Shown: in pieces, positions 17,484-25,747 of the stretch | Layout of the letters: each line of letters begins with the position of its first letter | Numbering within the stretch: position 1 is the first letter of the stretch | Origin: an uncultured bacterium | Lineage (GTDB): Bacteria; UBP14; UBA6098 | DNA length: 32,000 nt | Assembly (NCBI GenBank): GCA_964606695.1 | Contig: CAZSHG010000002.1 | Coordinates: forward strand, 102,507-134,506 | Direction: 5' to 3' | Program-made: the position numbers and the translations under genes | The notes under the pieces: model-generated | The model's database searches: none | What the model was told of the DNA's origin: nothing | Seen by the model: only the letters and a program-made list of their open reading frames with translations

Positions 17484-17503
17484 TCTATTTGAAAGCTGGT
17501 AAT
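17466..17503 (+). repeat. Perfect 19-bp tandem duplication at the methyltransferase/endonuclease junction
   Basis: CTATTTGAAAGCTGGTAAT (17466-17484) repeated exactly at 17485-17503; contains the MTase stop codon. Confidence 0.97.
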
Positions 17504-17505
17504 CG

Positions 17506-18462
17506 ATGAACAAAGAAACCGCAATCACCCAAATCGTAGGCAATACGGGTGTTGATATTACTTCTGCCGAGCTTATTCTGCGAAAAGCTAAAGAAGGTGG
17601 AGAAGTCGCGGGAAAATGTTACGAAAAATGGCTTAATGAGCGATTCCTTCCAAATATAGTCAAAATTGATCTTTCCGACTACACAAGAATGTGCGTCGAT
17701 GCCCTAAAAATCCTTGGGACTACAGCCGCCACCGATTACGGAAGTTCACGTCAGAGGGATTTAGGCCAGCTTTGGGCGGATATGACTAGAGGTTATCTCG
17801 GCGAAATAGCGGTGAAGAATTTCTTAAAGAAAAAGTGGGATATTGACATTACACTTGGGCACGAAACAGGGGAACTTGAAGAATACCTCCCCACTGACAT
17901 CGAGAAAATCAAAGATTCATCAGGGAAATACAGACCAGCCAAACTGAAAGTTAGTATCAAGGCAACGAAATGGAATGGCATCTGGCTCGACATCCCCGGA
18001 GACCAGTTTAACCACTCAGATATTCATCTAATGACTAAGGTTCATACTGGAAGAGACCATCTTTTCGCTTTTTTCAAAGTGATAAGCGTGTTCAAAGATA
18101 AAGTTCTGAAAAAGGGTATTGAGGAGGGCGCTATCGACGAAACTCAGGCAGGTGATATTTTTACGAAATTACCTGATTTCAAGCCAATTGTCGCTTACAT
18201 AGCTGGTTTTGCGGAAAAGGAGAATCTACTGAATAATCCAAGATACGAATTCAAAGTCGGTCCGAAACACGCCACGATTTATGCCTGGAATGGTGAGATC
18301 ACAAACACTGACCTAAAGAATATTAAGAAAGACAACGATGTCTCCGGTGACGTAAAGTTTTCGGGGATTGGTCGATTCTCGCACGATAGTGGTTATTTAT
18401 TTAATACCGGCAATCTCCGATGGAGCGAAAGCGATTGGGAAGGACTTCTTAGGAGACTATAA
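17506..18462 (+). CDS. Putative type II restriction endonuclease, partner of the upstream methyltransferase
   Basis: Immediately downstream, same strand; contains LGEIAVKNFL...AKLKVSIKATKWNGIWLDIPGDQF, compatible with a PD-(D/E)xK-type nuclease core; N-terminus with helical substrate-binding-like region. Confidence 0.6.
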   Translation: MNKETAITQIVGNTGVDITSAELILRKAKEGGEVAGKCYEKWLNERFLPNIVKIDLSDYTRMCVDALKILGTTAATDYGSSRQRDLGQLWADMTRGYLGEIAVKNFLKKKWDIDITLGHETGELEEYLPTDIEKIKDSSGKYRPAKLKVSIKATKWNGIWLDIPGDQFNHSDIHLMTKVHTGRDHLFAFFKVISVFKDKVLKKGIEEGAIDETQAGDIFTKLPDFKPIVAYIAGFAEKENLLNNPRYEFKVGPKHATIYAWNGEITNTDLKNIKKDNDVSGDVKFSGIGRFSHDSGYLFNTGNLRWSESDWEGLLRRL

Positions 18463-18482
18463 TCCCAATCCCCGTGGTTATG

Positions 18483-18650
18483 CCGTCGGAAGGCCTCTCT
18501 TTCCCGTCTGGAGGCCAAACGATTCTTCTGGAGGGCTTCCTTTCCCGTCGGAAGGCCTCTCTTTCGCGTCTGGAGGCCAAACGATTCTTCCTTCGACCCT
18601 AACGATTCTTCTGGAGGGCTTCCTTTTTCCGTCGGAAGGCCTCTTTTTTC
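18483..18650. repeat. Shuffled direct-repeat array containing copies of a terminator-like hairpin
   Basis: 46-bp repeat CCGTCGGAAGGCCTCTCTTTC(C/G)CGTCTGGAGGCCAAACGATTCTTC at 18483-18528 and 18545-18590; AACGATTCTTCTGGAGGGCTTCCTTT at 18518 and 18601; CCGTCGGAAGGCCTCT three times (18483, 18545, 18629). Confidence 0.9.
18614..18650 (+). terminator. Rho-independent-type terminator 3' of the R-M genes (similar copy at 18531-18568)
   Basis: GAGGGCTTCC (18614-18623) / GGAAGGCCTC (18634-18643) with TTTTTTC tail; one mismatch. Confidence 0.75.
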
Positions 18651-18723
18651 TGTGGGGAAGGCAAAAATGTTCTGGATAGACCATGGAATTCTCTGGGAAG
18701 ACGTCCGAAAGTGTTCCGTCCCC

Positions 18724-19371
18724 TCATTCCCCCTCGACATATTCGCCAACCTTATGGAAATCCAATGTCTTGAACATTTGGAACAATAACCACATACCGA
18801 AAACCAGACAGATCAACATAGACATCCAGCCGAGTCTTCGGAAGAACAACCCCACTGCCTGGTCTTTTGTATAGAGGTTCATTTCCGTGAGCAGATACGT
18901 CCAATCGTGTTGGGCTTCCATTCCAAATGGCGAAACGAGAGGTAATTCGCGAAGTCGTGCATCTGCGGCGTAAGTTCCGACGTCGTAAAAATTCGTAGAT
19001 AACCATCCGAAAGCCACAGCGATGCCGAAATAATCCTTTTGCCGAAGGAAGATGAACATCCCGATAATCGGTGCGCCGCATTGGGCTATGGTCCCGCCGG
19101 CAACGTATAGGAATTTTCCGAAAGGCTGGAAAAGGAAATGTCCCAATTCGTGGATCCCAAGATTAAGGCCTTTGAAGATACTACTATAAAGCCAGTCGTT
19201 TTGATGGCGAACCCAGATATAAGCGAAGAAAATCAACAACGCCAATCGAAGAAAAGGGAATCTACCTTCCGCCCATTCCCTCGCGTTACGGAAAAACCTA
19301 ACGATGAAATTGGGTCTCGATTCTTTGCCTGCTAATTGTATGCGAGATTTTTTACTACGCATGACGTTCAA
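18724..19371 (-). CDS. Integral membrane protein with HELGH zinc metalloprotease-like motif (M50-like)
   Basis: NLGIHELGHFLFQPFGKFLYVAGGTIAQCGAPIIGMFIFL with several hydrophobic helices. Confidence 0.6.
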   Translation of the reverse strand: MNVMRSKKSRIQLAGKESRPNFIVRFFRNAREWAEGRFPFLRLALLIFFAYIWVRHQNDWLYSSIFKGLNLGIHELGHFLFQPFGKFLYVAGGTIAQCGAPIIGMFIFLRQKDYFGIAVAFGWLSTNFYDVGTYAADARLRELPLVSPFGMEAQHDWTYLLTEMNLYTKDQAVGLFFRRLGWMSMLICLVFGMWLLFQMFKTLDFHKVGEYVEGE

Positions 19372-19441
19372 ATCCTGTTATTTTCGAGCAATACATAACT
19401 GTTATCAATATGAATGAAAATGGGTATAGATGCAACGAAAA

Positions 19442-19472
19442 AAGACCTTCGAGATTACCCATCAGGTCTTTG
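19442..19472 (-). terminator. Intrinsic terminator of the epimerase gene
   Basis: AAAGACCT (19442-19449) / AGGTCTTT (19465-19472); on the minus strand the 3' arm runs into a T-rich tract (GGTCTTTTTTCG). Confidence 0.65.
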
Positions 19473-19515
19473 TCGTTTTATTGGCTGGAATAAGGGAAAT
19501 CGTGTCGAAGTAACT

Positions 19516-20568
19516 TTAAAAGAATTTCTTCGCAATCCCCAATATTCCCTGCCTCCACGGGACACGATGAGTTACTCCGTCTTGAGTTTCCCCGGCCTCA
19601 AATTTATCTACGTTATCGAGAAACCAATGGTAATTACGCAACAGGGCGTCTTTGTTAGAGTATTTAGGTGTGAATCCGAGGACTTTTTCCGCCTTTTCGA
19701 TGGAGACGAAAGAGTCCTTCGTGGCTGTTTTATAGACCCAGGGGTAAAGGGGTGATAACTTGAGCGCTTCGAGTATCTCGAGTGCCAGAACGACTAAATT
19801 CGCCGGGGAACCTTTTATTTTCCTGCCGTATCCGGCCTCGTCCAGGACGACTTGATAATCTTCGCGCATCGTAGAAAACTCTTTTGCCCCTATATTTAAT
19901 TCAGTATTGACGGCGCCTTCATCGCCGAAAGTAGCGGCAATCCAGATAGCCTCGCACAGATCTTCTACGTCGAGGAGCTGATATAGGTTATCTCCGCGGC
20001 CTATCATAGGAAAACTTCTACCTTTACTTGCCCATTCGTAGAAAATCCCGAATACGCCCAATCTTTCTGGCCCAATGAATGATTTTGGACGTATAGTGGT
20101 TAAGGTCATCCCACGTTGGCGGAACATTTTAACGAGGTTTTCGGCCTCGATTTTCGCCTCGCCGTAGGGGCCAACACCAACCAGGTCGTCGTCCTCATAA
20201 ATCGGGTGATGATCCGGGATACCGTAAACGGCCGTGGAAGAAATGTATATCCCCCGCTTTATTCCATGTTCCATCGCAGATTGAAATACTTTCGCCGTGC
20301 CGTCGATATTTGTCGTGTAGATGTCCTTTTTGGGATATAGCGGCAACGCCGCCGCGCCATGCATTACTATATCGACGCCTTCCATGCACATATTGACCGT
20401 GTCCATATCCCGCACGTCTCCCTGCACATGGACGATTTTATCCACGCAATCTTCGTATGTAAAGGGTAAGAGGTCTAAAGAGACAATTTCTTCGCCCTTA
20501 CCGAGAAGATATCTTATCAGGTTTATTCCAAGGAATCCGGAACCGCCTGTAACGAGCCATTTAGCCAT
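19516..20568 (-). CDS. NAD-dependent epimerase/dehydratase (extended SDR)
   Basis: MAKWLVTGGSGFLGINLIRYLLGKGEEIVSLDLLP...VVMHGAA-type motif (IVMHGAAAL), YISSTAVYG, YGEAKIEAE (YxxxK), TTIRPKSFIGPERLGVF. Confidence 0.9.
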   Translation of the reverse strand: MAKWLVTGGSGFLGINLIRYLLGKGEEIVSLDLLPFTYEDCVDKIVHVQGDVRDMDTVNMCMEGVDIVMHGAAALPLYPKKDIYTTNIDGTAKVFQSAMEHGIKRGIYISSTAVYGIPDHHPIYEDDDLVGVGPYGEAKIEAENLVKMFRQRGMTLTTIRPKSFIGPERLGVFGIFYEWASKGRSFPMIGRGDNLYQLLDVEDLCEAIWIAATFGDEGAVNTELNIGAKEFSTMREDYQVVLDEAGYGRKIKGSPANLVVLALEILEALKLSPLYPWVYKTATKDSFVSIEKAEKVLGFTPKYSNKDALLRNYHWFLDNVDKFEAGETQDGVTHRVPWRQGILGIAKKFF

Positions 20569-20586
20569 TTTTCACTCCGTCTATTA

Positions 20587-21042
20587 TTATATATCGTCTT
20601 CCAAATCCAGATGATAACTCATTATATCGTCTTTTTTAAAGAATCTTTTTATCTCTCGCTTTGCCGATTCGGTATCCGCCGAAGCATGAATTATGTTTTT
20701 ACAAATAGTAACGGCATATTCTCCACGAATAGTCCCGGGCTGAGCCTTCAACGGATTGGTATCCCCAACCACGTATCGTGCGGCCTTAATCGCGTCCGGG
20801 CCGCTTATAACCATCGCAATATTCGGGCCGCTCGTGATAAACTCGATTAATTCCTCGTAAAACGGCTTCCCTTTGTGCTCGCCGTAATGACTCTCCGCGA
20901 TTTCCCTATCCATAATTATCATCTTCATGCCGTCGATGCGAAGTCCCTTATGCTCGAACCGTGAAATTATTTCGCCGACAAGCTCGCGCTGGATTGCATT
21001 GGGTTTCAAAAGAATTAAAGTGCTTTGATATTCCTTGTTCAT
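20587..21042 (-). CDS. ndk: Nucleoside-diphosphate kinase
   Basis: STLILLKPNAIQRELVGEIISRFEHKGLRIDGMKM...HYGEHKGKPFYEELIEFITSGPNIAMVISG...VVGDTNPLKAQPGTIRGEYAVTICKNIIHASADTESAKREIKRFF; catalytic His present (NIIHASD-like). Confidence 0.95.
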   Translation of the reverse strand: MNKEYQSTLILLKPNAIQRELVGEIISRFEHKGLRIDGMKMIIMDREIAESHYGEHKGKPFYEELIEFITSGPNIAMVISGPDAIKAARYVVGDTNPLKAQPGTIRGEYAVTICKNIIHASADTESAKREIKRFFKKDDIMSYHLDLEDDI

Positions 21043-21125
21043 GTCCTTCCTTTCGTAAGCGGCTTTAATATAAAAGTCCCAATTTGAAAATCAACCCAAA
21101 AGGGAAAATTCCTGCAATGCTCTTA

Positions 21126-21154
21126 TTGACAATACTCGAAACGGAATGTAAATT
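21126..21154 (+). promoter_or_regulatory. Sigma70-type promoter TTGACA-N17-TAAATT
   Basis: -35 at 21126-21131, -10 at 21149-21154; flanked by inverted repeat CCTGCAAT (21111-21118) / ATTGCAGG (21152-21159). Confidence 0.55.
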
Positions 21155-21183
21155 GCAGGGAAGTAATATTTGAAAGGAAGATT

Positions 21184-22353
21184 ATGCGCAAGACACTCCT
21201 CGTTTTCATTATCGCTTTCTCGCTTTACAGTGGGTGGTTCTTCATCCCGTGGGGATATTGGACCTTCCAGGACGGTGGAGTAGGCGTCCTGTATTCTCAG
21301 GGGATCTACGATAAATTCGGCTGGGAATTCGACGGCAGGATGTCCGGAGGCGGCGATTATTGGCTGGACGGCGGCGTCAAATTCGATTTCCTCGGCGAAG
21401 GAACGGAAATCCGGGGCGAATTTATGTCCGACTCGATCGAGAAGGATTACCGCAAGCCGGACGCAATCGAGTCCGAGGCCTCTGAGGACACTATTCAAGA
21501 GTATCCATCATTCAAAGCCAAAGAATTCTCGATTTATCTCAAACAGAATTTCAACGTCGGCCCTTCGCAGAAATTTTACCTCTTCGCGGGTTACAAAACG
21601 GGCGAATATCTTTCGAATTATCGTTTCGATCCCTCGGCGGGAGGTCAGGTTTTTGGCGATGAGACACGGGTTGCCGAGGCAGTGGATGCCGGTTTCGAAT
21701 TCTCCATGGACAGCCGGGACGACCCGGAAAATCCGGAGACGGCATTTTATTTCGGAATAAAACTGGGCGGCCTGTATTTCCCAAATGCCGAAGAACTGGA
21801 TTTCGATTATCTCAAGACCGCGCAAATACAGAGCGAAGAACATAAATTTGCATCCGGAACGGGTTATATAAAACTTGACCAGCGCCTTTATGGTAAACTC
21901 GCAATAGACGAAGTTCCCTTTCCGCTGGTTTTGGCATTGCGCATTAGCGGGGGACATCATCTGCACGAGGTGCCGCAACTGGTTGCATTCAAGGGGGGCA
22001 GTCACGATTTCCTCCGTGGAATCGACCAGCGACATGTAATAGGAAGAAGTTACTACCTGATGTCCGGCGAGTTACGGGCGCAGGTCTGGGAAGAGAGTTA
22101 TACTCCATTGATACTCCTCCACTGGTTAATCCCCGGCTATGCAAATCCGCGGCCAATATTGGAATTCGCACCTATCGTTGAGGCCGGCAGGGTTTACAGC
22201 GAATTCCTCGGCGACGACGAGAAACAATATATGACTTTCGGGCTCGGCGCGAGATGGATATTTACGGATTACACAGTCATGCGTTACGACTTCGCATATT
22301 GCCCCGCATTTGAAACATGGGGCGCATATTTCAGTTTCTATCCGAGTATTTAG
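21184..22353 (+). CDS. Outer-membrane beta-barrel protein (Omp85/BamA-barrel-like surface antigen)
   Basis: Signal peptide; alternating beta-strand pattern; VAFKGGSHDFLRGIDQRHVIGRSYYLMSGELRAQVWE resembles the L/V-RG motif region of Omp85 barrels; terminal YDFAYCPAFETWGAYFSFYPSI. Confidence 0.7.
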   Translation: MRKTLLVFIIAFSLYSGWFFIPWGYWTFQDGGVGVLYSQGIYDKFGWEFDGRMSGGGDYWLDGGVKFDFLGEGTEIRGEFMSDSIEKDYRKPDAIESEASEDTIQEYPSFKAKEFSIYLKQNFNVGPSQKFYLFAGYKTGEYLSNYRFDPSAGGQVFGDETRVAEAVDAGFEFSMDSRDDPENPETAFYFGIKLGGLYFPNAEELDFDYLKTAQIQSEEHKFASGTGYIKLDQRLYGKLAIDEVPFPLVLALRISGGHHLHEVPQLVAFKGGSHDFLRGIDQRHVIGRSYYLMSGELRAQVWEESYTPLILLHWLIPGYANPRPILEFAPIVEAGRVYSEFLGDDEKQYMTFGLGARWIFTDYTVMRYDFAYCPAFETWGAYFSFYPSI

Positions 22354-22356
22354 AAA

Positions 22357-24306
22357 TTGCGTAAATTCTGGCGTATCATACGGATAATACTCATTGTCGC
22401 TCTCGTGATAGGGGCGGTAGTTATCGGGGAATGGTATGCTCTCGAAGGGGTGGAAAAGGCGTTTGACCAGTTGCTGTTCCGGGACGCAATGAATTCCGCG
22501 TCCGTTATGCTCGTCGCCTGCCGAATGGTTTATGATTTCCAGGTTCTCAGGGAAATCGAAAGAGAGCAGTTACTCATCGAAGCTACGCAGAAAATTCCCG
22601 ACGGTGAAATAGACCACCAGACACTCGAAATGATCCGCGAAGCCGGGAAATTGCCGTTAGTAGTTCTTACGAACGATGAAGGAGAAATCGTAGATAAATC
22701 CGGCGCGGTGATGGCGGATACATATTCGTGGATGTCCGATTTAACGGTTAGGTTATGGGGAGTATATTCCGGCGCTGTCGAAGCGGAAACCTACGGTATC
22801 GACCGGGATTTCCCTCTTACCGAAGAACCGAAAGTAATGGCGATTCAAGTCGATAACGGCGTGCTGGTGCTTTTTGCCCCTGAACCGACGATACGCGAAC
22901 ACGAGGAATTGACGGTGGGGAATTTGATAGGCCATATCGGGGAAAATCCCAATGTGCGATATATCACCCTGCAGGACGAAAATGGATTTATCTTCGCTAC
23001 CAAATCTGTTACAGAAATGAGTAGTCTCGCCGCCGACTCTTTTCTTATAGGCGTGGAACGATCCGGCGTTACAAAAAGCAGATATCTTAATTTTCATGGA
23101 GAAAGAGTTTACGAACTCGCAGTTAAATTCCCGAAAATGGGGCTTTACAAGGGCGTCTTGCGAATCGGGTTATCGACGTCTGATTACCAGAAGCTTTATA
23201 CGGGTTACGGCCTGCAATTAGCGATAATATTGCTTTTAGTTTTGGCCGTGGCTATCGTCGCTGTGGTTTTGCTTCTAACGACGCGAAGGCTCTCTGCGCA
23301 GAAAAGTTTATCGGACGCAATCCTGTCCGAGATGAACGCGCTCTGCGTGGCAGTCGATAAAGAGGGCATCATTACTCTTCTTAATCCCGTAACGGCAAAG
23401 GTCTATGGGATAAAACAGTCCGACGCCCTCGGAAGACAGATAGAAGATGTTTTTCTCGGCGATCCATTGAAACTGCGGGAAACGCTCCGAGGCGAAGTCG
23501 GGTCGGTTTTTGCGGTGGAATGCGCCGTCGATGACAGGGTTTATCATCTCGATGTTTCTACCGGCATTCTACCCGACGGCGGAGCTTTTGCCATAGCCGA
23601 GGACATCACGAATATCCTCGAACTTCGTAAAGAGGCCGCCGGTGCCGAACATTTACGCGCGTTAGGCGAACTCACAGCGGGAGTGGCACACGAGATTCGT
23701 AATCCATTGAATGCTATCGGAATAGCATCGCAAAGGCTATCTGCCGAGTTCGAACCGAGAGAAGACGAGGAGGGATATCGCGAGCTTCTTCGCAATGTTC
23801 GACAGGAAATAACGCGTCTGGATAATGTAGTGCGGGAGTTCATAGGCCTTTCCGCACCGATGTCGCCGGATTTAAAGAAACAGCCTTTAAGACCGATATT
23901 AGAAGAAATCGGCGAAGCCGGTAAATTACGAGCAAGCGGAAAAAACATCGAGTTCTACGTCAAGATAGGCGAAGTCGGGATAATCGCGGTCGATGAGGAA
24001 CAACTCAAGAAAGCGCTCCTCAACCTTATTAAAAACGCTGTCGAAGCGACGCCCGAAGGCGGGGAAATATCCCTTACAGCTATCCGCGAAACGGAGCGAG
24101 TTAGAATTAGCGTCAGCGACAACGGCCCGCCTATACCGCCTGAAATTCGGGAAAAATTGGGCAAACCTTTCGTATCGGCGGGTAAGGAAAACGGGACGGG
24201 AATAGGGCTATTCCTTGCATTCAGAATCGCGCGAGACCACGGAGGAAGAATTGAAGTCGAAACCGACGACAACGAGACAGTATTTACAATGATTCTTCCA
24301 ACATAA
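22357..24306 (+). CDS. Membrane sensor histidine kinase with PAS domain
   Basis: N-terminal TM, extracytoplasmic sensor region, second TM (LAIILLLVLAVAIVAVVLLL), PAS-like segment, H-box GVAHEIRNPLNAIGIASQRL, N/G boxes LLNLIKNAVEATPEGGEI...GTGIGLFLAFRIARDHGG. Confidence 0.93.
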   Translation: MRKFWRIIRIILIVALVIGAVVIGEWYALEGVEKAFDQLLFRDAMNSASVMLVACRMVYDFQVLREIEREQLLIEATQKIPDGEIDHQTLEMIREAGKLPLVVLTNDEGEIVDKSGAVMADTYSWMSDLTVRLWGVYSGAVEAETYGIDRDFPLTEEPKVMAIQVDNGVLVLFAPEPTIREHEELTVGNLIGHIGENPNVRYITLQDENGFIFATKSVTEMSSLAADSFLIGVERSGVTKSRYLNFHGERVYELAVKFPKMGLYKGVLRIGLSTSDYQKLYTGYGLQLAIILLLVLAVAIVAVVLLLTTRRLSAQKSLSDAILSEMNALCVAVDKEGIITLLNPVTAKVYGIKQSDALGRQIEDVFLGDPLKLRETLRGEVGSVFAVECAVDDRVYHLDVSTGILPDGGAFAIAEDITNILELRKEAAGAEHLRALGELTAGVAHEIRNPLNAIGIASQRLSAEFEPREDEEGYRELLRNVRQEITRLDNVVREFIGLSAPMSPDLKKQPLRPILEEIGEAGKLRASGKNIEFYVKIGEVGIIAVDEEQLKKALLNLIKNAVEATPEGGEISLTAIRETERVRISVSDNGPPIPPEIREKLGKPFVSAGKENGTGIGLFLAFRIARDHGGRIEVETDDNETVFTMILPT

Positions 24307-24342
24307 TTCGCCGACCGTTGCGGCAAAAAACTGGAGTATAAT

Positions 24343-25668
24343 ATGAAAGCAAAAATTTTGTTGATCGACGACGAAGCTGGCGGCAGAAGATTGCTTTCCG
24401 GATTTCTTGAAAAACAGGGATACGAAGTCGAAGCTTTTCCCGACGCCAAATCTGCACTGGAGACGTTTACCCGCCGTGGCTACGATATTGCGCTTGTCGA
24501 TGTCAAATTGCCGGGGATGAGCGGTATCGATCTAACAAGAGAGCTACTGAAGATCGATCCAACGTTGCCGGCTGTCCTTGTTACGGCTTATGGTGGTGTG
24601 GATACTGCCGTTTCGGGGATGAAGGCGGGCGCCGCGGATTATCTCACAAAACCCGTTGACCTCGATGAATTGAAGCTCATCATAGGAAAACAGCTGGACC
24701 ACAGACGTCTTCAAGATGAAAATAGGCTTCTCCACGAACAACTCGATTCGGCGTTTCCTGAGGATATCGTTGCCGAATCCAGACAGATGCAGGAGATACT
24801 ATCTACCATATCCAGAATCGCCAGCGCCAATACGGCGGTTCTCATCACCGGAGAATCGGGCGTCGGGAAGGAGTTAGTCGCACGGACAATCCATACTGCC
24901 AGCGGACGGAAAGGGAGTTTTGTGCCCATCAACTGCGCCGCGATACCGGAAAACCTCCTGGAAAGCGAGCTTTTCGGCGCGGAACCGGGGGCATATACCG
25001 GAGCCAACAAACGTATGCGTGGAAAAATAGAACTCGCGGATCGCGGCACTCTCTTCCTGGATGAGATCGGCGAATTGCCGACCGGCTTGCAACCCAAATT
25101 ACTACGATTCCTACAGGAGGGTAGTTTCTTCCGGCTGGGCGGACACGAGGAAATAAGCCCGGACGTTCGCGTTCTGGCCGCTACCAATCGCGATATTAAA
25201 AAAATCATTGCCAACGGCGATATGCGCGAAGACCTATATTTCCGGCTCGCCGTTATAAATATCGATATTCCGCCGCTACGCGAGAGACACAAAGACCTCA
25301 TCGCGCTTTCGACAAAATTAGTCGAGCATTTCGGCGTTAAACACGGCAAGGAAGATATCGGTTTGTCAAAAGAGGCTATGGACAATATCCTGCGTCACTC
25401 GTGGCCGGGCAACGTTCGCGAGTTGTCAAACACTCTCGAACGAGCCGTCCTCCTGACTCGAACCGAACGGATTGAGCCTGAAGATTTGCAGATGTTATCC
25501 CCGTCGAACCTGCCAAAATCCGAAAAATTGGAGGACGTAGAACGCACCCATATTCAGAACGTATTGGAAGCAGTCGATTGGCAAATGTCCCGCGCGGCGG
25601 ACAGACTGGGAATCCATCGAAACACGCTGAGAAATAAGATAAAAGACTACGACCTGGAAAAAGACTGA
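24343..25668 (+). CDS. Sigma54-dependent response regulator (NtrC family)
   Basis: Receiver KILLIDDEAGG...DIALVDVKLPGMSG; AAA+ GESGVGKELVARTIHTAS, GAEPGAYTGANKRM, GTLFLDEIGELP; Fis-type HTH AADRLGIHRNTLRNKI. Confidence 0.96.
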   Translation: MKAKILLIDDEAGGRRLLSGFLEKQGYEVEAFPDAKSALETFTRRGYDIALVDVKLPGMSGIDLTRELLKIDPTLPAVLVTAYGGVDTAVSGMKAGAADYLTKPVDLDELKLIIGKQLDHRRLQDENRLLHEQLDSAFPEDIVAESRQMQEILSTISRIASANTAVLITGESGVGKELVARTIHTASGRKGSFVPINCAAIPENLLESELFGAEPGAYTGANKRMRGKIELADRGTLFLDEIGELPTGLQPKLLRFLQEGSFFRLGGHEEISPDVRVLAATNRDIKKIIANGDMREDLYFRLAVINIDIPPLRERHKDLIALSTKLVEHFGVKHGKEDIGLSKEAMDNILRHSWPGNVRELSNTLERAVLLTRTERIEPEDLQMLSPSNLPKSEKLEDVERTHIQNVLEAVDWQMSRAADRLGIHRNTLRNKIKDYDLEKD

Positions 25669-25708
25669 AACCGTAAAAATCAATAAACCTCTCGCCGCTT
25701 ATTTTCGT

Positions 25709-25737
25709 TTGACTTAATACGCTCTAATTCTTATTAT
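25709..25737 (+). promoter_or_regulatory. Sigma70-type promoter TTGACT-N17-TATTAT
   Basis: -35 TTGACT 25709-25714, -10 TATTAT 25732-25737, shortly upstream of ATG 25748. Confidence 0.5.
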
Positions 25738-25747
25738 ATGTAGTAAT

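Noticed and set aside
18483-18650. CRISPR array or phage attachment site
   Set aside because: Repeats are irregularly arranged, short and hairpin-forming with T tails; no integrase, no equal spacers, no matching copy seen on the left side of the R-M cassette.
18368-18749. ORFs of 103, 118 and 68 aa across the repeat array
   Set aside because: Low-complexity translations of the direct repeats, overlapping the 3' end of the endonuclease gene.
24711-25385. 224-aa ORF antisense to the sigma54 regulator
   Set aside because: Lies opposite highly conserved AAA+ domain coding sequence; shadow ORF.
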